A stretch of DNA of 64,000 bases, from the IMG/VR virus record IMGVR_UViG_3300048592_000229, positions 4,385 to 68,384 of that record, one strand, 5' to 3'. Shown here piece by piece: positions 28,402 through 38,231 of the stretch. The notes below the pieces were generated by a model. That model saw only the letters and a program-made list of their open reading frames with translations, searched no databases and had not been told where the DNA came from. How positions within the stretch are numbered: the first letter of the stretch is position 1; every line of letters begins with the position of its first letter. The stretch comes from a virus. The translations under genes and the position numbers were made by a program.

Positions 28402-28767
28402 GTGTGGCCGTTCACCAAAAAGCGGCCGGATACCGGAGCAAGCATGAGCGACAACGACGCACCCGATTTCCCGGCCGAACCCACTGACAAGGGCCACGAC
28501 CACGCGCCCGAGAGGACGCCCGAACAGGACCGTCCGAAGACGGAAGACGATTCGCGAGCCGTTGCAACCGACGCGGAAGCCGACGTTGACAAGCTGATCG
28601 CACACTGCGAAAGCCTGCGTCGTCAATTGGCAGACGCTGAATCGGCAGCCGCAGCCCGCGCGGATGCGCGTGTGATGGCGGCACTGGCGGGAGCATCAAA
28701 GGACGCCGGGTTTCTCATCGACGCTCTGCGGAGAATCAGCGCCAAGGCGCGCCGCGCTATCCAGTAA
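28402..28767 (+). CDS. hypothetical protein
   Basis: MWPF start, coiled-coil C-terminus. Confidence 0.55.
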   Translation: MWPFTKKRPDTGASMSDNDAPDFPAEPTDKGHDHAPERTPEQDRPKTEDDSRAVATDAEADVDKLIAHCESLRRQLADAESAAAARADARVMAALAGASKDAGFLIDALRRISAKARRAIQ

Positions 28768-28789
28768 CCACGAACACAAGGGGGTTCCG

Positions 28790-29464
28790 GTGGACTCCGA
28801 TGCCCTGCAAAATCCCGCTCCTGCTCCTGCTGGTTCCACGCCGCCCGTCTCGCCAGCGGTGGCAGCGGGAGCGGGTGCTATTCCGCCGAAGCCAAACGGC
28901 AAGCTGCCCGACATGATGGATTGGGCGCTCTCCGGCGGCCAGTGGGTGGCCGTGTGGAAGGCCCCGGCCGACAAGCCGGTGAACGTCACCGATTCCGACA
29001 AGGACGGCATTCCGCCCGCGTGGGTGGACGAGGATGGCCCGGCCGGACCGAAGCCCGGCGCGTGGCGCGACGTGCGAGTCATCACGGACCCGCTGACCGG
29101 GCGAAAGCGCAAGGTGGCTGACTGCGGATGGGCCGACGACGACGATCCGCCGGTACCGATTGACCAGTTGCTATCTGACCGCGAGGGCGCAGCCGAACGC
29201 GCTGGCAAGCTGCTGGACGCGGCGCTGGCCAAGTGGCGCGCGGCTGCCAGTGTGAGCATCGTGGCGCTGTTGGCGTGTGTGTTCTACGCTGTTGGCATCT
29301 GGAACGGGCTGTTTCCGGCCATCGGTGCGCAGGGCGGCATCCCGGCCAGCGTGGCCCGGCCGCTGATCGACCAGATGCAACAGGATGCCGACGACCCGCG
29401 CAAGGCGGACGACGCATGGGACCGGCTGGACAAGGCGTGCAAGGAAGCGGAGGGCAAGCAATGA
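28790..29464 (+). CDS. membrane-anchored hypothetical protein
   Basis: One TM segment (AAASVSIVALLACVFYAVGIW); DSDKDGIP motif. Confidence 0.6.
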   Translation: MDSDALQNPAPAPAGSTPPVSPAVAAGAGAIPPKPNGKLPDMMDWALSGGQWVAVWKAPADKPVNVTDSDKDGIPPAWVDEDGPAGPKPGAWRDVRVITDPLTGRKRKVADCGWADDDDPPVPIDQLLSDREGAAERAGKLLDAALAKWRAAASVSIVALLACVFYAVGIWNGLFPAIGAQGGIPASVARPLIDQMQQDADDPRKADDAWDRLDKACKEAEGKQ

Positions 29465-29826
29465 AGCGAATCGCAATCACGGCTTCAGTGTGCTTGATGA
29501 CCATCGTGTCCGGGTGCGCTATGGAACGCATCGCGAAGGACGCCAGCGCCACGCAGCCAGCAACGTTTGACCGCGCCACGTTCCTGCGGAACTTCACAAC
29601 CGGTTGGTCAAGTATCGTGGACACGATTACCGAGGACGAGGCGCTGGCGATCCTCGATTCAAACGGCGACGGCGAAGCGTCCTACGCGGAGATTCACGTC
29701 GGTCAAGTGCTGCTGCGCAACATCGTGTGCGCGAACCTTGGGACCGATACCGGAAACACGGCCGACGACTACCGCAAACACATGGCGGTCAAGCTGGCGT
29801 GGGACAAAGCGGAGGGCGATCAATGA
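29461..29826 (+). CDS. lipoprotein with EF-hand-like loop
   Basis: Lipobox VSGC after a hydrophobic signal; DSNGDGEASYAE. Confidence 0.65.
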   Translation: MKRIAITASVCLMTIVSGCAMERIAKDASATQPATFDRATFLRNFTTGWSSIVDTITEDEALAILDSNGDGEASYAEIHVGQVLLRNIVCANLGTDTGNTADDYRKHMAVKLAWDKAEGDQ

Positions 29827-30311
29827 GCGAGAACCGACTGCTGCGGTACTTCAAGTACGAACACCTGCCGCCTTACCTGCAAGAGATCAGCCGGCCGTTC
29901 TGCGAGCTTGCGCGAGAGATTGCCGCGAAGGAAGCAGCGGACCCGGCCGAGCAGACCGCCGGGCTGCGAAAGCTGCTGGAGGCCAAGGATTGCATCGTCC
30001 GCGCCATGCTCCCGCTGCTTCTGGTCTGCATGCTGCTCGCCACCGGATGCGCAGTGCGTCACAACTCGATCACCGGCGAGACGGAAGTCGGACCGGCCAC
30101 CGGCACAAGCACCAGTACAGCCACCGGAAGCAGCACATCGTCCAACCGCGAGCCGTGGTATGCGGCGGCGTCTGCGGCCTACGCGGCTGGAGAGTCTGCA
30201 TGGTACGACTGGACGACGGCCGAGCGCCGCGCGTCGGCGGATCGGCTGCGCGCGAAGCAGGACGCACGACAGGGCGTGATTGACCGCGCGGCGGCGCAGG
30301 GGGTGCAGTGA
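29823..30311 (+). CDS. hypothetical protein with internal lipobox-like segment
   Basis: YFKYEHLP...GLRKLLEAKDC domain followed by LLLVCMLLATGC. Confidence 0.6.
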   Translation: MSENRLLRYFKYEHLPPYLQEISRPFCELAREIAAKEAADPAEQTAGLRKLLEAKDCIVRAMLPLLLVCMLLATGCAVRHNSITGETEVGPATGTSTSTATGSSTSSNREPWYAAASAAYAAGESAWYDWTTAERRASADRLRAKQDARQGVIDRAAAQGVQ

Positions 30312-30529
30312 ACGACGGCTGCGCCACGGCAATTCTGATCGCATTCGCCGCTCTCGGGCTGTGGATGGTGATGTGTGGCGCGCTGGTCATTCTATGGAAC
30401 AGTGTGATGGTGCCGCTGTTCGGCCTGCCGCGTATCGACCTGTCGGCGGCTAGTGGCATGATCGGCATTGGATGGCTGATCTTCGGCGGCCCGTTCCGGC
30501 TCACGTACCATGTCGGGGGCAAGCAATGA
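30308..30529 (+). CDS. small two-TM membrane protein (holin candidate)
   Basis: Two hydrophobic helices in 73 aa. Confidence 0.45.
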   Translation: MNDGCATAILIAFAALGLWMVMCGALVILWNSVMVPLFGLPRIDLSAASGMIGIGWLIFGGPFRLTYHVGGKQ

Positions 30530-31332
30530 CCTACTACCGCCGCGATGACGAGCCGCAGATGCCGCCAGGCTGGTGGGTTCCGTTCGGTCTAGTGCTCGTC
30601 ATGCTCGGCGTGTGCTGGTCGTGCGCGGCCGGATGCAACAGCGCCGCGATCACAGAGGAAGCCGACGCCGCACGCCGCACGCTCACAACGGAGCAAGAGG
30701 CGCTGGCAACCGACGTGACGGACGCATTCGCCGGTCTGGTGCAGTTGCGCGACCAGATTTACGAGACGCTGACGGCGCTCATGGGCAGCGGTGACGATGT
30801 GCGCGACCAGGCTATTGAGGAAGCGCGCGACCGGCTTACTGACCAGATGACCGAACGATTGCAGGCTCTTGCCGAGCGACTGAAGGCTCATGCTGCCGTG
30901 CTGCACGCCGTGGTCGAGCGGCTGAACAAGATTTACACGATGGCGCTGGACGACGCGAAGCTACTCAGTCTATTGCAGTCCCCGCTGGGGTTCTTCGGAT
31001 TCCCGCCGTCGAGTCCGCCAACCGGAAATCCGCCTGCCGGCCCTAAGCCAAGCGGTGGCTTCCCGGTTGGCGAAACGATCCTTGGCGTGGCGTCCTTGTA
31101 TGGACTGTACCGTGGCGGACGATGGGGTGTCGGCGTGTACCGCAGCGCGAAGGACAAGCGCGAGGCGCAGGCGGCCGAGCATCGCGAAACCATCGAGTTT
31201 CTGAAGGCGCAGAGCCGGAGCGACCGGAGTGACCCGCCCCCAAAAGCTGAACGCGCGCCGCAGACCGCGAGTCAGCGCGCGCGCCGTGTTACTGTGAGCG
31301 GCGACGACTACGACATTCCTGGGAGGAACTGA
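30526..31332 (+). CDS. membrane/lipoprotein with coiled coil
   Basis: TM segment plus AAGC, long helix, second hydrophobic segment. Confidence 0.6.
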   Translation: MTYYRRDDEPQMPPGWWVPFGLVLVMLGVCWSCAAGCNSAAITEEADAARRTLTTEQEALATDVTDAFAGLVQLRDQIYETLTALMGSGDDVRDQAIEEARDRLTDQMTERLQALAERLKAHAAVLHAVVERLNKIYTMALDDAKLLSLLQSPLGFFGFPPSSPPTGNPPAGPKPSGGFPVGETILGVASLYGLYRGGRWGVGVYRSAKDKREAQAAEHRETIEFLKAQSRSDRSDPPPKAERAPQTASQRARRVTVSGDDYDIPGRN

Positions 31333-31583
31333 TGAGCGGCGGGCTACGGCGATACTGGAACATGCGGGCCGGCGAGCGTGCGCGCTTGCGTGATGCCGCG
31401 TTCCGTAAGCGCCTGAAGCACAACTTCATCACGACGGCCGTTGTCCTGACGTGGCCGTTCTTCGGCATGTGGTTCTCGGCGCGTCTGATCGGACGCGGCA
31501 GCGCAATCGCAGCAAGCAACCTGACGGGCGGGAAGATGCGGGCCAAAAGCCTGCGGTGGAAAACCAAACCAATGAAAATCTGA
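31332..31583 (+). CDS. small basic membrane protein
   Basis: One TM segment; GGAGG RBS. Confidence 0.45.
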   Translation: MSGGLRRYWNMRAGERARLRDAAFRKRLKHNFITTAVVLTWPFFGMWFSARLIGRGSAIAASNLTGGKMRAKSLRWKTKPMKI

Positions 31584-31594
31584 CGGGGGCGAGC

Positions 31595-32338
31595 ATGAAA
31601 AACGGACTGACGAAAACCGAGTGGGCCATGATTTTGACCGGCCCCGTGGTGATGGGCCTGCTGGCAATCCTGTTGCTGGCGGTCGTGCTGGTGAACAACG
31701 CGCGCGGCGGCGAGGGTGTGCCCATCGGCGTTGTGACCGGCCACGCGGACGGCTCTCCGGATGTGGTCGTGACCCCGCCCGAGTGGGGTTATGACTTCGG
31801 CACACTGGTGCGCAGTGACGAGCGCGGCACGGCATGGGCCGGCGTGCGCTATCAGGGCCTGACCGTGCTGGGCGGAGGTGACGGCCTGCTGACCGACCAC
31901 GACAACATGCGCTTCTGGATGGGAGGCGAGTACCGCTTGCGCGAGTCTGGTGTGGCGTTCGGGGGCTTCGTGGATATCGACGGGCCAGCCGCGTTCCGGC
32001 TGACGTGGTGGCCGTCTTCTGACGAAAAGCCGATTGAGTTCGCGTCCCTGTGGGCCGAGGTCGGCGGCAAGGGGAGCGGCGGCACGTTTGAGATCGTGAT
32101 GCGCTTCGGCGTCGACGTCGCGCTGCCGTTCGACACGCATTTCGAGCCGGGCGTCAGCCTCACCTACGGCACCGATCAGGCGCTGGGAATGGACCTGTTC
32201 CTACGCTTCCCGATTGACGCGGGCCTGGCGGTGCAGGGTGGCATGATCCTGCTGGACGGGCCGGACCTGCCGGTGTGGTGGCGGCGAGCGAACGGCGACG
32301 GCTTCACCGGGTATCTCTCGCTGACGTGGCGAGGGTGA
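31595..32338 (+). CDS. outer-membrane beta-barrel-like protein
   Basis: Signal peptide, alternating amphipathic strands, C-terminal GYLSLTWRG. Confidence 0.55.
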   Translation: MKNGLTKTEWAMILTGPVVMGLLAILLLAVVLVNNARGGEGVPIGVVTGHADGSPDVVVTPPEWGYDFGTLVRSDERGTAWAGVRYQGLTVLGGGDGLLTDHDNMRFWMGGEYRLRESGVAFGGFVDIDGPAAFRLTWWPSSDEKPIEFASLWAEVGGKGSGGTFEIVMRFGVDVALPFDTHFEPGVSLTYGTDQALGMDLFLRFPIDAGLAVQGGMILLDGPDLPVWWRRANGDGFTGYLSLTWRG

Positions 32339-32445
32339 ATCACAGAAGCCTGGCGCTGGCGGCCAGCGAAACCACTACCGCGCGGGTCGGTCTAGTCCAG
32401 CCGAGCCAGCCGCCAGCGCCGGACCCTGTTTGATGGAGGACGCCG

Positions 32446-32898
32446 ATGCCAGCAACCGCCGCCGCTCTGAGCGCCCATGTGCAGGCTGTCGGTCCGACCG
32501 AACGCCTGAAGCAGGCGACTCTGTATCAGACGACCGGAACAGAAGTTGACACCACTCTGCTGGAACTGATCTGCCAGAAGGCAATCAACTGGTTTCAACT
32601 GCTGGTCACGACCTACGACCCCGACAACTACTCGCTGCACCAGGACATTGCCTCGCTTCGCGTCTGGCAGTTGCTATTCGAGCGCATGGGCGACTCGTCG
32701 GCAGCGTCCGCCACCGAAGCGGCAATGGGCGAATTGCTGGGCGCGGTGGGCAAGTCGGGTGATGGCGGGCGACGGAGCATCACCAGCGCGACCAATAGCC
32801 AATTCACGCACGAGGACGTAGACCGCGAGGGCACAGTGCCCGGACCCTACTACTCGCCATTCTCACCCCGCGCCTTTGACGACTACCGCGCCCAATGA
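32446..32898 (+). CDS. putative head-tail adaptor
   Basis: 150-aa helical protein starting the neck/tail operon; GGAGG RBS. Confidence 0.45.
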   Translation: MPATAAALSAHVQAVGPTERLKQATLYQTTGTEVDTTLLELICQKAINWFQLLVTTYDPDNYSLHQDIASLRVWQLLFERMGDSSAASATEAAMGELLGAVGKSGDGGRRSITSATNSQFTHEDVDREGTVPGPYYSPFSPRAFDDYRAQ

Positions 32899-33386
32899 CC
32901 CCACTGGCTGCCCAACAACGATTGCAGAGCATCTTGCGCTCGCTGACCCACACGGGCGACGCGGCCGAAGTGGTGTTCAACAGCTTGTCCGTCATCATCG
33001 CCAGCGAGCGCGACCGCGAGAAGGGCAAGCAGCCGTCAGTCAGCCCGCCGCGCGCGTTCATCTATCAGGACGCGGCCGACCCGTACCTGCACTACGGCGA
33101 CACGCTGCAACTATGCCGCTTCTCAATCGTCATCGAAATCGAGGGGATGGATCACCACGGCAACTTCGCGCTGGAGGAAAAGACGCGAGACAGTGGTGCC
33201 CAACAAGGCGCTGCGCTCACGACGATTCTGAGCAAGGTGATTCCAGCCACCTACTTCATTGATACAACGTCCGGAGCCGCGCATACTACGTGGATTCAGT
33301 ACGTGGACGGCAGCGGGCGAATAGACACGAACCGCCCGGTTGCTACCGCAACCATCGAATACGAAGCCCTTTGCGAGACCGCATGA
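32895..33386 (+). CDS. putative tail terminator/neck protein
   Basis: Size, synteny, terminal beta strand VATATIEY. Confidence 0.4.
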   Translation: MTPLAAQQRLQSILRSLTHTGDAAEVVFNSLSVIIASERDREKGKQPSVSPPRAFIYQDAADPYLHYGDTLQLCRFSIVIEIEGMDHHGNFALEEKTRDSGAQQGAALTTILSKVIPATYFIDTTSGAAHTTWIQYVDGSGRIDTNRPVATATIEYEALCETA

Positions 33387-33757
33387 GCATTTCCGAACAA
33401 CGCCGCCTTCTGGAAGTTCCGTCACAGTTGATCCTCGATATCCTGTCGGCGGCTGTCGGCTCTCCCGTTGAGCCTGCCGCACCGGACGACGCGCCAACGA
33501 TGGTCGTCAGTGGCAACCTGCTGGACGCGCTGTGCGCCGTAGCCGGCCGTCGCCCGTTCAACGTCGTCAGTCCGCTGATGGCGAATCTCCAGCGGTACGC
33601 GACGGAGTACAAGCCGCGCGCATTCGCTGACGCAAGCGGATCGAATGGAGCCAACGGGGCAGCGCCAAAGAAGAAGCGCGGCCGTCCGCGAAAGAAGGCG
33701 ACCGCTGCGGCCGAGTCAAACGGCGGTGCATCCGATAGCCAGAACGGAGGCGACTGA
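33383..33757 (+). CDS. hypothetical protein with AT-hook-like motif
   Basis: KKKRGRPRKK. Confidence 0.55.
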   Translation: MSISEQRRLLEVPSQLILDILSAAVGSPVEPAAPDDAPTMVVSGNLLDALCAVAGRRPFNVVSPLMANLQRYATEYKPRAFADASGSNGANGAAPKKKRGRPRKKATAAAESNGGASDSQNGGD

Positions 33758-34293
33758 TGCCTGACTTCGGCGGACTGGTCAACGGTGTCGGTCGTGTCCT
33801 GGCGGGGCAGGCGGATGCGCGTCTGAACCGCAACAACCTGAATATTCAGGACGGGTTACTTGATCGCGCGAAGGCGAACGCCGAAGCACGCAAGCAACAG
33901 AAGGACGCCGAACGCGCCGCACGGGACGCCGACAAGGCTGCGCAGCAGGAAGAAAAGGATGAGGCCGAACGCGAGAAGCGCAAGGCCAACTGGAAGAAGG
34001 GAAGCGGCCGGTTCAAGGCGAACCACGCCAACTTCGAGGTGGGCAGCAAGATCGTCCCGAAGGCCCCGCCAGCGGCATACACGCCGCCGATCATCGCGGG
34101 GTCGGGTGCCGTTCCGTCCATCGGTGGCGGTGGCGGTGGTGGCACACCGCCGCGACTCAATCCGTGGCACCCAGCCGGAACATGGGGAGGCGGCCCGCGA
34201 TACGCTGGCGCGTCCTACATCGGGTCGGGGTACCAACGTGGCGGATTCTCCGCCGGCAGTCCGCATAGCTGGTCATTCCAAGGGTTCCGATGA
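33757..34293 (+). CDS. hypothetical low-complexity protein
   Basis: GGAGG RBS, coupled to neighbours. Confidence 0.55.
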   Translation: MPDFGGLVNGVGRVLAGQADARLNRNNLNIQDGLLDRAKANAEARKQQKDAERAARDADKAAQQEEKDEAEREKRKANWKKGSGRFKANHANFEVGSKIVPKAPPAAYTPPIIAGSGAVPSIGGGGGGGTPPRLNPWHPAGTWGGGPRYAGASYIGSGYQRGGFSAGSPHSWSFQGFR

Positions 34294-35327
34294 GCCAGAC
34301 GACGACACACAGGCCGACCGCAGGCGATGCCCTGAAGGCCATCGAACGCGCCATGGACGTGATCCGCGAAATGGATCGCGAGCACGACGCGCCGGGGTAC
34401 ATCGCCACCACCGAAAAGCACCTTGCCGTGGCGCTGGACAAGGCGCGCGACATGTTCCGGTGGGACAGCCGCACATGGGACAAGCGCGCACGGCGGGCGG
34501 CCGAAATTGAACGCGAGTCGGCATCGCGCGAAGCGGCGGCGCGTCTCGGTCGGGCGACTCGGCGGCTACGGGACAACATGATATCACTCGGCATCGTCAA
34601 CCCGAAGCAGCGCAATCCGCAGCCCGATTGGCTCCACATCGCCACCAGCCGGCTCCGCAAGATGGACGGCGACCCCGACGCCAACGCATCCCGACTGATG
34701 CAGGCCGTACAGAAGGCGTCCACGCTGGACGGCGAATGTCGCGCACTGTCCGACAGGCTGAGCGAACTGCGCAAGGCCGAGACGGATGCGGCATTCGCGG
34801 CTGAGGCACTACGGCGCGCACTGGCGGAATCGCAAACGGCGTCCACCGGTAGCGAGTCGATTGCCGCTGAACTGGCGGCAGCCGTGGCCGCGTCCGACGA
34901 CGCTGAAGCGGCCGTTGCGGCGACCGGCGCAGCACTCCGTGAAGCAAAGGCCGCGCATGCAGGGCCGAGTCAGGCGCTGGCTGACCTGACGACGAACGGC
35001 GGCGATGCTGCGGCGCTTGCCAGTCTGAAAGCCGACGTGGATCGTCTGAATGCGGCGGTAGAGGCCGCGCGCGAGGAAAACAACCGCATGCTCGGCGTGG
35101 CCAACGCGAAGCGCGAAGCGAAAGCCAAGGCGCAGGAGCGATCCGCCGCGTTTGACGCACGCATGAAGCAGCAGTCCGATCAGGCCGAGAAGCGCAAGGC
35201 GAAGATCGCCGAGCACGAATCCGAACAGGCCGAGCACGCCGCAGCCGCAGCCGCTGTCAGCGAACAACTGGAGTCCGTGCGCGCCGATCTGCGCGCGGCC
35301 GTGGACACGCTTGGAATGGAGAACTAG
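34290..35327 (+). CDS. Ala-rich coiled-coil protein
   Basis: Heptad-rich 345-aa ORF. Confidence 0.65.
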   Translation: MSQTTTHRPTAGDALKAIERAMDVIREMDREHDAPGYIATTEKHLAVALDKARDMFRWDSRTWDKRARRAAEIERESASREAAARLGRATRRLRDNMISLGIVNPKQRNPQPDWLHIATSRLRKMDGDPDANASRLMQAVQKASTLDGECRALSDRLSELRKAETDAAFAAEALRRALAESQTASTGSESIAAELAAAVAASDDAEAAVAATGAALREAKAAHAGPSQALADLTTNGGDAAALASLKADVDRLNAAVEAAREENNRMLGVANAKREAKAKAQERSAAFDARMKQQSDQAEKRKAKIAEHESEQAEHAAAAAAVSEQLESVRADLRAAVDTLGMEN

Positions 35328-35330
35328 CCG

Positions 35331-36707
35331 ATGGCCACGCCGTCTTTCGCCGAATGCTGGACACAGCTAACCAACCTGTACCGGGTGGCGGATACGCTGT
35401 ATCTCGCCGCCAACACCAACTCGGCGAACTACCTCGGCGCGATGAACACGCTGGAGCAGTCACTGGAGGGTGACTACCTGATTGACATTGTGCAGGGCGT
35501 CCGCACGGGCGCGCTGGCGATCAACTCGGCGTTCAACTCGCTGGCTGTCGCGCACAACGCGCTGATGCTCACGTTCGGAAAGCTGATCAACGAGCCGCGC
35601 CGGTCGGCGTCGGTCGTTCCGCAGTCGCTGTACAACTACTTCATCGACAACTCGCTGACGGCGTTGCAGATCAACTACACGCGCGGAGCCGTGTCGGCGA
35701 GTGGCAACGTCGGCAACGGCACGGCCTACGCCCTGACGACCGACGCCGAGAACTACGCCATCGAGGAAGGAACGGGCTACACGTCGGCCAGCATCGTGAC
35801 GAACCTGCGATGCATCGCCGACAAGACCAGCGGCGCGCGTGCCGGCGCGGAAGTGTTCCGCGTCCACACCAATGCCAGCCCGAACCCGGCGTACCCGTTC
35901 ATCGACAAGGTGGGCCAGAACGGCGGCACATCGCGGGAACGGCAGTTCCGCTCGCTGTGCAAGGAGGACGCCACCACATTCCTGCGCAATCCGGGGTTCC
36001 AGGAGTACAACTCTGGTGACACGCACCCGTTCCCCGGCTGGCTATCGACCAGCGGCACAACGTACACTGGCATCTCGCAGGACACCACCAGCGCGGCCGG
36101 CTATCGCCCGTGGCGGCCGTCGCTCACGCTGTCCACGCGCGAATACTACCAGGCTGCGCTGGGGGCTACGTCCACGACCGGACTCAAGCAGTACATCGGC
36201 CTGAACGGCCGGCAGTTGCGCGACGACGTGCCGTACTTCATCGGCGTGCGCTGGTACGGCGATGCGAGCGCCAATGGCAACGTGGTGCTCAAGCTTGGCG
36301 ACTACGACGCATCTCCGCTGTCGGTGTCGGTGTCGGCTGCCAACTCGTGGAACCTGACGCTGATCAACGCCAGTACGGCGCGCAATGCGTGGTTCCGCCG
36401 GTTCAACCAGGACGATTTGTGTGTGGCTGTCGAGCGAGCGAGCCACAACGCGGGCACGGTCTACATCGACGCCGTGTTCTGCGAGGAATACGATTACTTC
36501 CTCGGCCGCTGGATCAAGATTGTCAGCGGTACCACCGACTGGTCGGCCGGCGCGACGGGCAGCCCGAACAAGCGCGGCGACCTGCTGACGTTCACCGACA
36601 CCACGCCGTCGAGTATCGGCACGTCGCAGTTCTGGTTCAAATTTTTTACTGGAAGCTACCTTCCCCATGCGGATGCCAACACGGCAACGCAGGCCGATTA
36701 TGCATAG
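35331..36707 (+). CDS. putative virion structural protein
   Basis: Ser/Thr/Asn-rich beta protein with LRNPGF (carbohydrate-binding-like) motif; tail region. Confidence 0.6.
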   Translation: MATPSFAECWTQLTNLYRVADTLYLAANTNSANYLGAMNTLEQSLEGDYLIDIVQGVRTGALAINSAFNSLAVAHNALMLTFGKLINEPRRSASVVPQSLYNYFIDNSLTALQINYTRGAVSASGNVGNGTAYALTTDAENYAIEEGTGYTSASIVTNLRCIADKTSGARAGAEVFRVHTNASPNPAYPFIDKVGQNGGTSRERQFRSLCKEDATTFLRNPGFQEYNSGDTHPFPGWLSTSGTTYTGISQDTTSAAGYRPWRPSLTLSTREYYQAALGATSTTGLKQYIGLNGRQLRDDVPYFIGVRWYGDASANGNVVLKLGDYDASPLSVSVSAANSWNLTLINASTARNAWFRRFNQDDLCVAVERASHNAGTVYIDAVFCEEYDYFLGRWIKIVSGTTDWSAGATGSPNKRGDLLTFTDTTPSSIGTSQFWFKFFTGSYLPHADANTATQADYA

Positions 36708-36710
36708 CCC

Positions 36711-37193
36711 ATGACGCGCACCGCAGCAAACATCTACCGTTGGCGCGGCGAGTTGTCGCTGGGCGGAACCGGACTCGGCTACCTTGGCGGAGAGGCGCTG
36801 CTGACGTTCGACCCCGGATACGGCAGGCAGAACTACCCCGGACCGGAGGCCACGAACACCATCAAAGGCTCGATCTTCACCGGCTTCGGCGGAAAAGGCA
36901 TGGTGGAATTGCTGGAGTGGTCGTCCACGACACTGGCCAAGGCGTTCCCCGGAATCGTCAGCGGTAGCACCGTGACGGCCAGCAATGCCACGGTCTACCC
37001 CGGCACGAATCTGGCCACGAAGTCCGGTCTGTACTTTTCGCTGTCGTGGTCGTCAGACTCGGGCGATGCCGTCTTGGCCGCGACGAAGGTACTGGTTGAT
37101 CCGAAGCAGTTCGCGTTTGGCCGCCGGTTTGACAACGTGTTGCCGGTCGATTTCGAGGTTGTAGACGGATCGTGGTCGCTGACCCTGAGTTGA
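36711..37193 (+). CDS. putative tail tube protein
   Basis: 160 aa, GELSLGGTGLGYLGGEALLTF pattern, terminal VLPVDF strand. Confidence 0.5.
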   Translation: MTRTAANIYRWRGELSLGGTGLGYLGGEALLTFDPGYGRQNYPGPEATNTIKGSIFTGFGGKGMVELLEWSSTTLAKAFPGIVSGSTVTASNATVYPGTNLATKSGLYFSLSWSSDSGDAVLAATKVLVDPKQFAFGRRFDNVLPVDFEVVDGSWSLTLS

Positions 37194-37194
37194 C

Positions 37195-37950
37195 ATGGCG
37201 AAAGACCCAACAACTCCGGGTGGCGGCGCACAGATGGCCGAGTTGACGCGCGCGATTGTGCGTCTTGAGCGCGTGATGCAGCGGCTGGCTGGTCCGGTAG
37301 AAAAGCAGGCACGCGAGCAGGCACAGACCAACCGTGACCGCAAGACCAGCCGTAGTTCATCCGGGGGCGGACGTGGAGGAGATGGTGGCGGTGGACTTGG
37401 CGGACTGTTCGTTGCGCAAGAGATAGCCAGTGCAATGACGGCTGGTATCAGTGCGTCGTTTGCGCCGCAGATTACGCAGGCCGAGCGGTCGGCTGCTACT
37501 ACACAGGCTGTTGCTGGTGGCGCTGGCTCAATTGGCGGAGCAGCCATTGGCTCGCTGTTCGGGCCGGGCGGAACGCTTGTCGGCGCGTCACTCGGCGGCG
37601 CGCTGGGGCAAGCACTCGGAATGTCGGCCACGCACAAGCAGGAGACCATCGCTAAGGGGGCGACCGGACAATTCGCGGACCTTGAGACGCTGGCGGCGGC
37701 CGGCTACGGCGTCAGCCCGGAGATCATGCAAGGCCGCGCAAGGCTTGCTGTCCAGCAACAGAAGCGCCGGTACGATTTCCGAGAACAGGTTGCGCCGATG
37801 GTGGACAAGGAAATGAGCGCGCAGGGCGTCGAGGGTGTCGATGTTGCGGCTACGTTCAAGGCGCTTCTGTTCGACCTTGTTGACACGCTGAAAGCCGTTG
37901 TCGGCGACACGCAATCGCTTCGGAACCATTTGGAGGTGCCGCGCCGATGA
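37195..37950 (+). CDS. short tape-measure-like protein
   Basis: Gly/Ala glycine-zipper (GGAAIGSLFGPGGTLVGASLGGALG) plus helices; follows the tube gene. Confidence 0.45.
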   Translation: MAKDPTTPGGGAQMAELTRAIVRLERVMQRLAGPVEKQAREQAQTNRDRKTSRSSSGGGRGGDGGGGLGGLFVAQEIASAMTAGISASFAPQITQAERSAATTQAVAGGAGSIGGAAIGSLFGPGGTLVGASLGGALGQALGMSATHKQETIAKGATGQFADLETLAAAGYGVSPEIMQGRARLAVQQQKRRYDFREQVAPMVDKEMSAQGVEGVDVAATFKALLFDLVDTLKAVVGDTQSLRNHLEVPRR

Positions 37951-38231
37951 TCGACCCCGGATACTTCTACATGTTGGCGTGGGTCGGCGGACCGGCTGCA
38001 CACGAAGCGTTCTCGGCTATGGATGCCGACGAGCAGCGCATGGCGTTCAACGCGGCGAAGGTCGCGCACTACGAGCGCATGTGCGATATCGCGCACGCCC
38101 TGTCCAGTCCGGCACACGCCATGATCGCGTTCACGCGCGCGGCGCAAGGCGACAAGGCGTCTGACGAACTGGCGCTGGAAGTGATGGCTCAGATTGCGGC
38201 CGGGCAGTCCGCGCAGGAGGCGACCGGATGA
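37947..38231 (+). CDS. hypothetical protein
   Basis: Coupled ORF with RBS. Confidence 0.55.
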   Translation: MIDPGYFYMLAWVGGPAAHEAFSAMDADEQRMAFNAAKVAHYERMCDIAHALSSPAHAMIAFTRAAQGDKASDELALEVMAQIAAGQSAQEATG

